From an uncultured Pseudomonadales bacterium (GTDB lineage Bacteria > Patescibacteriota > Microgenomatia > UBA1400 > PJMF01), in the NCBI GenBank assembly GCA_964633875.1, contig CAZWKL010000006.1, positions 19,144 to 83,143 on the forward strand: a stretch of 64,000 nucleotides of DNA. The letters are read 5' to 3'. The position numbers were made by a program, and so were the translations under genes. Under the pieces are notes generated by a model, which saw only the letters and a list, made by a program, of their open reading frames with translations, made no database searches and was not told where the DNA came from. Positions 56,853 through 64,000 of this stretch are shown one piece after another (positions within the stretch are counted from its first letter, which is position 1; every line of letters starts with the position of its first letter).

Positions 56853-57278
56853 CTAATCAAAAAACTGATGGTTGGGGTTGACCGCCCGGGCCTGAGCAAA
56901 ATACTCATCAGCAACTTCCTGATGATCTAAAGCCTGATGAAGTAGGGCGGCGTTAATCAAAAGATCGAAGTGGGTGGGTTGCTGACCCAAAAGCTCTTCC
57001 ACCTTCTCCAGCCGGGCCTCAATTTCTTCCAGGCTCAATTTTTCCTCCTGCAGCTCCGCTCCAAAAGCCGGCCGTGGCGCCGCGATAGTTTCTTCCACCT
57101 GAATCACCGCCGCCCCCGGAGAGGTAATTTGACTCAACAGCAACCCCATAGTCATGGCGAACAACAAAGCAATGGAAATAAAAGCAGCGCGCCGTTTAGC
57201 CACCACCAATTGGTTTTCCAAAATCATCAGCACCAAGGAAAAACTCAGCCGCAGCTGGAACAGGCGATAACTCAGCAT
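56853..57278 (-). CDS. hypothetical membrane protein with TPR-like C-terminus
   Basis: TM segment then PTHFDLLINAALLH..ADEYFAQARAVNPN. Confidence 0.6.
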   Translation of the reverse strand: MLSYRLFQLRLSFSLVLMILENQLVVAKRRAAFISIALLFAMTMGLLLSQITSPGAAVIQVEETIAAPRPAFGAELQEEKLSLEEIEARLEKVEELLGQQPTHFDLLINAALLHQALDHQEVADEYFAQARAVNPNHQFFD

Positions 57279-57285
57279 GAGGCCA

Positions 57286-59544
57286 TTATACCCCCGGCCA
57301 AGCTGCTGTCACCAGCAGGTCTTCAGCCAGCAAATTTTGCTGCCTTAACTCTTGCCAAACAGCTTCTGTGACAAACGGCACAAACGGGTGCAGGAGTTTG
57401 AGAAACACGGTCAGCCCCTCAAGTAGAGCAGTATTGGAAAGCTTGCCCGCCTTAGCACTTTCAATGCACTCGTCGCAATACCAGTGCCAAAATTCGTTGT
57501 AAACGGTTTCCGCCGCCAAACCAATTTGCAGCTTCTCCATATTTTCCGTAACTTTAGCAACTACACTTTGTAGTTTGTTCTGGAATTCCTGATCATCTTC
57601 AGAAGTTTTGCTTGATATATCGGCAAATTCACCCTTATTATTCTCATTCTGCAAACCCACAAACCGGCTAGCATTCCAAATTTTATTAGTCAAGTTGCGC
57701 ATGGCTTTAATATCACTCACCCCCACATTTTTGTCTTGGCCGGGAGTAGAACGAATCATCAGCGCCATTCTCAATGCGTCCGCGCCAAACTCGGCAATAA
57801 CATCCAGCGGATTGATGGTGTTGCCCTTGCTTTTGCTCATTTTTTGGCCTTTTTCATCCCTAATCAAACCGTGCAGGTAAACCTGCCGGAAAGGAGCCTG
57901 ATCTGTCAGGTAAGCGCCCATCATCATCATGCGCATCACCCAAAACATCAGGATGTCGTAGGCCGTTTCCATGACACTGGTGGGGTAGAAGCGGCTGAAA
58001 TCGCTCTCTTGGTTGGTTTTGAGAGTCACTACTGGCCACTGGGAAGAAGAAAACCAAGTATCGAAAGTATCTGTTTCCGGCAGCCAATTGCCGGTTGCCG
58101 GCTGGGTGCGCGAAACAGAGTAAGGCACACCGGCAAAAGCGTTGGTTTGTTGGAGGCCGCTTAATATTTCTTCCAGCGAGTGCTTGGCCAGCACTGCCGC
58201 CAAAATTCCCTGAGTGTACTGGCCGTTTTTGTCAATAAAACTAACTTGAATTTGCCCTTCATAGCCGTCAATTTCGTACCAAACCGGAATGGGAATGCCC
58301 CAAACAATCTGGCGGCTGATATTCCAGTCTTTAAGATTGCCTAGCCAATGCCTGAGAATTTTTTCTTGGCCAGCGCCGTGAACTTTGGTTTCACCCGAAT
58401 CCAGCATTTTGAGCGCTTTTTTAGTCAGGCTGTTGGCGCCATCATTCACTTTAATAAAAAACTGCGCCAGTGGCAGTGGCTCAATCACCCGGCCGCAGCG
58501 ATAACAAGTGCCGACGCGGTTTTGATACTTTTCATTAATTTTTTCGATCAAACCTTGGGCTTGCAAGTCTGCCACTACCGCTTCTCGGGCATTTTTCACC
58601 GACATACCCGCATATTTCCCACCCGCCTCAGTAATTTTACCTTGCGTATTGATGGCTTGATTGATTGGCAAACCGTGGCGTTTGGCCACCTCAAAATCAT
58701 GCGGATCGTGGGCGGGCGTCAGCTTGACAATGCCGGTGCCAAAATCCGGATCAACGTACTCATCGGCAATAATTGGCATTTCGGCGCCGGTAAGCGGATT
58801 GAGCACCAGCTGGCCAACTAAGTGCTGCCGCTCTGGATCATGGGGATTGACCGCCAAGTGAGTGTCGGCAAAAATCGGCTCAGGCCGCACCGTCGCCACC
58901 GTCACGAATTCATCCAGCTTGTCTTTGAGAGGATATTTTACATAATAAAGCGGCGTTTGCTGATCCTGATAAACCACCTCTAGTTCAGAGTAGCTGGTGC
59001 CGCATTTGGTGCAGTAATTCACCAGTTGCAGATCGCGATAAACCAAATTATCCTGATGCATTTTTTCAAAAGTACTCAGCACAAAATCCACCACGTCCTC
59101 ATCCAGGGTAAACTTGTAGCGGCTCCAGTCCGCGCTGGCGCCGATTTTTTTCATCTGCTCCACTGCCACGCCGGAATTTTCCTGCACGTACTCCCAAATC
59201 TGGTTGAAAAGCGTTTGGCGGTCAAAATTAAAGCGGCTCTTGCCCTCTTTTTGCAGCTTTTTTTCAAAAACAAACTGAGTTTCGATGCCTGCGTGATCGG
59301 TGCCGGGAATCCAGGCAGTGTCGTCGCCCTTCATCCGGTGATAGCGGATCAGAGCATCCTCAAGCGACACAAACATGGCGTGACCCACATGGAGCGGATC
59401 ATTGGCATTGGGCGGCGGCATGATGATAGTAAAAGGCCGGCCGTTTTGCTTGTTGGCGCTGCGGTCGGGATTAAAAGCCTGCCGCTTTTCCCAAAGTTGG
59501 TAGATATTTGCTTCGTGGGCGTGGTAATCGTAGCGCTTGTCCAT
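57286..59544 (-). CDS. valS: valine--tRNA ligase
   Basis: PPPN..LHVGHA, PGTDHAGIETQ, GTGIVKLTPAHD, DWNISRQIVWG, DTWFSS, KMSKSKGN. Confidence 0.97.
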   Translation of the reverse strand: MDKRYDYHAHEANIYQLWEKRQAFNPDRSANKQNGRPFTIIMPPPNANDPLHVGHAMFVSLEDALIRYHRMKGDDTAWIPGTDHAGIETQFVFEKKLQKEGKSRFNFDRQTLFNQIWEYVQENSGVAVEQMKKIGASADWSRYKFTLDEDVVDFVLSTFEKMHQDNLVYRDLQLVNYCTKCGTSYSELEVVYQDQQTPLYYVKYPLKDKLDEFVTVATVRPEPIFADTHLAVNPHDPERQHLVGQLVLNPLTGAEMPIIADEYVDPDFGTGIVKLTPAHDPHDFEVAKRHGLPINQAINTQGKITEAGGKYAGMSVKNAREAVVADLQAQGLIEKINEKYQNRVGTCYRCGRVIEPLPLAQFFIKVNDGANSLTKKALKMLDSGETKVHGAGQEKILRHWLGNLKDWNISRQIVWGIPIPVWYEIDGYEGQIQVSFIDKNGQYTQGILAAVLAKHSLEEILSGLQQTNAFAGVPYSVSRTQPATGNWLPETDTFDTWFSSSQWPVVTLKTNQESDFSRFYPTSVMETAYDILMFWVMRMMMMGAYLTDQAPFRQVYLHGLIRDEKGQKMSKSKGNTINPLDVIAEFGADALRMALMIRSTPGQDKNVGVSDIKAMRNLTNKIWNASRFVGLQNENNKGEFADISSKTSEDDQEFQNKLQSVVAKVTENMEKLQIGLAAETVYNEFWHWYCDECIESAKAGKLSNTALLEGLTVFLKLLHPFVPFVTEAVWQELRQQNLLAEDLLVTAAWPGV

Positions 59545-59595
59545 AACCCTTAGATTATAGCACCTTGAGGGGAAGGTGGGGGCTAATGTTGGTCG

Positions 59596-59805
59596 CTAAC
59601 GGTTGACTTTTCTATTCTTAATGATTTCTGTTGCCTCATCATATTTTTCAGCAACTTCTTTCGGCGTCATGCTTTTTTGAATTTCGCTCGGAGAAACAGG
59701 CACATTATACGCCTCCAAAAGAGCCAAGCTTAGCAGTCGTGCGGCTTCGCCACTTACTTCCTCTCCCTTGCCGGGTGTCTGTTCCGGTCCTTGTGGCGTT
59801 GTCAT
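59596..59805 (-). CDS. small hypothetical protein
   Basis: AAGGAG SD upstream of ATG 59805; 69 aa MTTPQGPEQ... Confidence 0.55.
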   Translation of the reverse strand: MTTPQGPEQTPGKGEEVSGEAARLLSLALLEAYNVPVSPSEIQKSMTPKEVAEKYDEATEIIKNRKVNR

Positions 59806-59905
59806 GTATTGCTCCTTTTGGTTGTTATTAATAGTGTTGATAATAACTATAATACTTTTATTTTCAAAAATTGTTGTAATTGTGTAAGAAAAGTTGCGCG
59901 GTTTG

Positions 59906-60262
59906 TTATGATTCTTTGTTATCGCTAGTGATAATCCACTTTCCCCTTGTTGCATTCCAGGCAAGTTTTCTCTCTTGGGCGGCCACAAGGTATGTGTCCA
60001 GGTATGCGCTACATTCACCACCATCCAAAGCTATTGCTTTAGGAGGATTTTTCATTATTTCTTCTACATTTTCTGGTGTTGGCGGCTTACCATGGGCTGC
60101 GAGGTACGCACCTATTCTATCACCCGATACTTGCTCAGAACCTTCTTTTTGTCTACGAAACAATCGCGCCAAGATACCACCTTTTCTTGGTTTTTCCATA
60201 TCAACTTCTTGACCAAAACCAATGGTTGGCCGCTTATCAATAGTAGTTTCTGGATTGTTCAT
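59906..60262 (-). CDS. small hypothetical protein
   Basis: 118 aa ATG-initiated ORF in an otherwise empty interval. Confidence 0.5.
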   Translation of the reverse strand: MNNPETTIDKRPTIGFGQEVDMEKPRKGGILARLFRRQKEGSEQVSGDRIGAYLAAHGKPPTPENVEEIMKNPPKAIALDGGECSAYLDTYLVAAQERKLAWNATRGKWIITSDNKES

Positions 60263-60436
60263 TTTGCGCCTTTTTTGCTTGTGACTGATACGCTACAATA
60301 CTGATTATAAGCCCAAATACTTGAGAGCGAAAGGAGTGCTTGGGGTATTTGGCACAGAGCTTGCCCGCGAATGTTGCTTGAAAGGGCAAAGGTGTGTTTT
60401 TGGTTGTAATCAAACTTTGTAGAAAGAGGGGTTTAT

Positions 60437-60625
60437 ATGACAGAAAAAAGGTACGGAAATGAACACTTTGCAAGAGATAGAAAGCCTCGCATCAAAAATT
60501 TTGATGCAGAAGCAGAAAAGTGGCGTGGCCCAGTTACTCAAAAAGCCGACACAGAGAAACCCCAGGATTTTTGGCAAAAAATATCAAACATAGTGAGACA
60601 CCTTTTTACAGGCAGGCCTCAATAG
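60437..60625 (+). CDS. small hypothetical protein
   Basis: 62 aa ORF preceded by GAGGGG. Confidence 0.4.
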   Translation: MTEKRYGNEHFARDRKPRIKNFDAEAEKWRGPVTQKADTEKPQDFWQKISNIVRHLFTGRPQ

Positions 60626-60655
60626 CGATCAGCTTGTCCAAAAAAGCAAACCCAT

Positions 60656-62410
60656 TTACCCGCCCGGCCCAACCACAAACTTGGCCGACCAGGGCCGGTA
60701 GTTGGAATAATACTCCTTTTCCTCAATAATATTGCCATCTTGGTCGCGAACCACGTTAGTGAACCTGGCCTTGATGCCGGCAGCCGACCAATCAACCTGT
60801 TCCCGATAGCCAACCGGCTTTTCCGGATCTTCAAAGTATTCCGGCGCCGGTGGTGGCCGGTAATCCCAAACTTCATGATTGACAATCTCGCTGGTCCGGC
60901 CGTCGCTGGTGCCGTAAATTTCGATATACATATATAAATTATTACTATCTGCCTGGCCATGGAGGAGCAAGTGTTGGCCGGTGTCGTTTTTAAAACGAAA
61001 ATCGACATTACCGCTGTAAACAGTGGCATCAATGCCGGGCTTGCTATCGAGTTCATAATAACTAACGCGGTAACTGTGTGGCAGCCTCAGCGTCACCGGC
61101 AGTCCGGCGTTCAGCACCGAGCGGAAAACCGTGGTACTTACCTGGCAAACTCCGCCGCCATCCCCAAGCTCAGTCCGGCCGTTTTTAATGACGTAAGCGG
61201 AGCGATAGCCGGTACGAGCGGAAACTTCACCTAGTGTTTTGTTGAAAGAAAATTCTCCTTCTGGAGGAATGATGATATTGGAAATCCGGTCGGTGGTAAT
61301 TTTGACGTTATGAACCCGGTTGGGAATCGAGTGAGCGTACTCACTGTCGCCAAAACCAATCCGCTCGACAATGCCCAAATCATTGGTGTCGGCCAGGGTA
61401 ATTTCCGGCAGCGCCTCGGCTACCGGCAGGGGGTGAGAAATAGTGGTACCTTCAATAGCGCCATCCTCAATCAGGCGCAGGGTGTGAGTGGTCAGTCCCA
61501 CCGCTTCCTCCAGGTTTAGTTTGAGGCCATTTTTGTGAGGCAGAAACTCATTGACCTCGAGTGTTTCCGGATTGTAGTCGAAAACCGCGTTTTGCGGCTC
61601 GCGATTGACGTTTTCGGCCCACTCGTCAAAAATATTTTCCAAATCTTGAGGATCGTAGCCTTTGGGGAAAGTGAGCGCGGCCACCAACTCCCGGTCGGGG
61701 AGAGCATAGGTCCGGGTGTCGGTAGTGAACTCAATGCGGTAGCCCACAAATTTTTCGGCCCTTTCTTTGGCGGCTTCAATTTGCTCTTCGTTCAGGACCG
61801 CGCTGGTGGAAGCCACTTGGCCGCTGGAAGCAAACTCACCCTGAGCGATGTTGGCTTGAATGGCAGCCACCGTCGGCTCAACCTCGAGAATTCTGCCCGG
61901 ACTGCCGGGGTTGATGGTCAGAGTGGCGGCATTGCCGCTGGTGCTGAGGGTGGCGTGTGGAGCTTCGCCAATAATATCTACTTTGAGTTGTAAATCGGTG
62001 AGCAGTTGTTCGAGTTTCTCTTCATCAAAAGTGGGGTAGGCGGTGAGGTTTTTGGCTGAAAAAAGCGAGAAAAACATATTTTTTAAGCGATTGAAAATAT
62101 TGCCATCTTTGCCTTTGAGATAAGCAGCTCTGGCAATTTCTTCGTATTTATAGGTTAGCCCCAACTCAGCGCTGGTTGAGGCAACCTCAATGTCATCAAC
62201 TACCACCACCACTTTTCCGGTAGGAGCCTCAAATTTGGCGGCAGCAAGCTTGGCTGTGGCTTCTTCAATGCTCAAGCCACCCACAGCGATACTATTTATA
62301 TAGGTGCGGGGAAAAATTCTGGCGTTATAAAACTCATAACCTTTAATCACCATTAAACCAAAAATCAGGGCAATGGCGAAAATAATTCCGAATACAGCAG
62401 ACTTTTTCAT
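60656..62410 (-). CDS. VanW family protein with PG_binding_4 domain
   Basis: N-terminal TM; VGGLSIEEA; NRVHNV, FSFNKTLG, GGGVCQVSTTVFR, HSYRVSYY, DATVY, DFRFKNDT. Confidence 0.9.
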   Translation of the reverse strand: MKKSAVFGIIFAIALIFGLMVIKGYEFYNARIFPRTYINSIAVGGLSIEEATAKLAAAKFEAPTGKVVVVVDDIEVASTSAELGLTYKYEEIARAAYLKGKDGNIFNRLKNMFFSLFSAKNLTAYPTFDEEKLEQLLTDLQLKVDIIGEAPHATLSTSGNAATLTINPGSPGRILEVEPTVAAIQANIAQGEFASSGQVASTSAVLNEEQIEAAKERAEKFVGYRIEFTTDTRTYALPDRELVAALTFPKGYDPQDLENIFDEWAENVNREPQNAVFDYNPETLEVNEFLPHKNGLKLNLEEAVGLTTHTLRLIEDGAIEGTTISHPLPVAEALPEITLADTNDLGIVERIGFGDSEYAHSIPNRVHNVKITTDRISNIIIPPEGEFSFNKTLGEVSARTGYRSAYVIKNGRTELGDGGGVCQVSTTVFRSVLNAGLPVTLRLPHSYRVSYYELDSKPGIDATVYSGNVDFRFKNDTGQHLLLHGQADSNNLYMYIEIYGTSDGRTSEIVNHEVWDYRPPPAPEYFEDPEKPVGYREQVDWSAAGIKARFTNVVRDQDGNIIEEKEYYSNYRPWSAKFVVGPGG

Positions 62411-62541
62411 TGTGCTATTATAACCATTGTACGGCTCTGTTGTATTGTGGCAAGTTTGTATCCATTTGTCATCTATACGACTCTTGAGTACAATTGCTAT
62501 ACTGATGTTAGTGTCCATGAATTATTGGTAACTTGGTACCC

Positions 62542-64000
62542 ATGAACGATAATCAACTGCCCAAACCAACTCCGCCAACCCCTTCTGGTTCAACCGTGCC
62601 GCCAGCGGCTCAAGGCAACCAGGGTATTTTGCGAGAAAATCAACCATCTCAGGTGAGTGCGCCAGCAGCAGTTGGGTCCGTGCCGCCCCCACCCGCACCA
62701 CCAACTCGACCAATTGGCGCGCCACCAGTACCGCCGGGGGCACCAACACCAACAGCGGCAGCGACACCACCACCAACCCCAACAGCGGCAGCCAGCCAAA
62801 CTGCCGGTCAAACTACCGGCCAAACCGAGACCCCACCACCGTCGGCCATGAGGCAGCAAAGTCAGCTGAAAACGCCGTTACCACCAACTTCACTAAGCGC
62901 CCTTTCATCCATGACCAGCACCAATTTGCCTGAAGACAGAAACGAAAATCCTGAACAACCAGCGGCGCCAGCCTCCTCGCGCCAGGGTGATATTAGAGCT
63001 CAGGTAGGGTTGCCTAATTCGCCTGGTGCGCCACCGGCTCCGGCAGTAAAGAAAGATGCTGCCGCGCCGCCCGGCTATCCCAACAGCAAAGCTCAGCCCA
63101 AACTAGCCAAAACCAAAAACCCGCTGATGAAGTATCTGCCATTCGTGATTGGCGGCGTTCTGGTTTTAGCGCTAGCAATTTTTGCTGCCATGAGATTTTT
63201 GGGCGGCGGCAGTAGTGGCGGTTCGGTGACTCAAAACCCAGCTGGCAGTCCGGACGGCACAGGCGGTGCGCCGGCTCAACGCACCACCATCGAGTATTGG
63301 GGACTTTGGGAGCCTGACGCGGTGATGCAGGAGGTGATTGCTGATTTTGAAAACAACAATCCTGGCATTACCGTCAATTATGTCAATCAATCTCACAAAG
63401 ATTATCGCCAAAGACTGGAAACAGCAATTGCTTCCGGCAATGGCCCGGATTTATTCCGTTATCACGCCACTTGGGTGCCGATGCTAGGGGAAGATTTAGC
63501 GCCGATTCCGTCATCGGTGATTAGCACGGCAGATTTTAGACAAAAATATTATCCCATCGCCAGCCAACAACTACAAAGAAACGGACAGATTGTGGGAATT
63601 CCGGCCATGTATGATGGGTTGGCGCTGCTTTACAACAAAGAAGTGATGACTTCAGTCAATGAACAGCCACCGCAAACTTGGGCGGAGTTGAGGATTTTAG
63701 CCAATAAACTCACGGTCAGATCGGGCAATACTCTCACGCGGGCCGGGATCGCGCTGGGTACCACCAGCAACGTTGACCATTTTTCCGACATTCTGGCGGT
63801 GTTGATGTTGCAAAACGGCGCTGATCTCACGGCGCCAAACTCCGCCTACACCAGAGACGCGCTGCTTTTTTACACTAATTTTGCTAAGCAAGATCGAGTT
63901 TGGGATGAAACTTTGCCCAACTCCACCGTGGCTTTTGCCCGCGGCGACGTAGTGATGATTTTTGCTCCCTCTTGGAGAATCCACGAAATTTTGGTGATGA
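62542..64000 (+). CDS. extracellular solute-binding protein (family 1, sugar ABC type) with Pro-rich N-terminus, partial
   Basis: Not in the ORF track (no stop in window); manual translation MNDNQLPK..TM..IEYWGLWEP..NPGITVNY..GNGPDLFRYH..GIPAMYDGLALLYNK..PPQTWAEL..FARGDV. Confidence 0.85.
   Translation, partial: MNDNQLPKPTPPTPSGSTVPPAAQGNQGILRENQPSQVSAPAAVGSVPPPPAPPTRPIGAPPVPPGAPTPTAAATPPPTPTAAASQTAGQTTGQTETPPPSAMRQQSQLKTPLPPTSLSALSSMTSTNLPEDRNENPEQPAAPASSRQGDIRAQVGLPNSPGAPPAPAVKKDAAAPPGYPNSKAQPKLAKTKNPLMKYLPFVIGGVLVLALAIFAAMRFLGGGSSGGSVTQNPAGSPDGTGGAPAQRTTIEYWGLWEPDAVMQEVIADFENNNPGITVNYVNQSHKDYRQRLETAIASGNGPDLFRYHATWVPMLGEDLAPIPSSVISTADFRQKYYPIASQQLQRNGQIVGIPAMYDGLALLYNKEVMTSVNEQPPQTWAELRILANKLTVRSGNTLTRAGIALGTTSNVDHFSDILAVLMLQNGADLTAPNSAYTRDALLFYTNFAKQDRVWDETLPNSTVAFARGDVVMIFAPSWRIHEILVM

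Noticed and set aside
62517-62531. Tiny uORF MNYW* before the solute-binding protein
   Set aside because: Too short, no attenuator structure seen; likely chance
1-64000. tRNA/rRNA genes and alternative genetic code (UGA=Gly)
   Set aside because: No T-loop/CCA or rRNA signatures found by eye; core genes are full length under code 11 and several end in TGA

Overview
Chromosomal origin-region window from a small-genome bacterium. Gene content is most consistent with Patescibacteria/CPR, probably Microgenomates (inference: ATP-dependent DNA ligase, DUF4012, DUF5654-like protein, degenerate DHH protein, C-terminally short ValS, VirB2-like pilin array; TGA is read as stop). The right part holds dnaA-(oriC)-dnaN-rpmH-rnpA-yidD-yidC-jag-rnhA, DUF4012, rplY, valS, a VanW protein and a partial solute-binding protein. 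Immediately upstream of dnaA lies a ~30 kb type IV secretion-like locus with no relaxase or integrase in view. It comprises 11 VirB2/TrbC-like pilin genes (9 in tandem), a VirB6-like protein, PrgI/VirB3-like and VirB4-like proteins, two very large predicted cell-wall hydrolases and an opposite-strand orphan. A VirD4-like coupling ATPase sits at the far left. Less obvious features read from the sequence: an 84-bp palindromic intergenic element present twice in inverted orientation ~55.6 kb apart (202-285 and 55879-55962, 72/84 identical by hand, with a compensatory stem change); 25-29 bp exact identity islands between neighbouring pilin paralogs; pervasive -10 boxes 5-9 nt upstream of start codons (leaderless-type genes); a Nudix-IPK-uppS isoprenoid cluster; an Lgt-DUF192 fusion; and decayed toxin-antitoxin/Fic remnants. 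No rRNA, tRNA, CRISPR array or transposase was recognised. All family calls come from motif recognition by eye, not from database searches.
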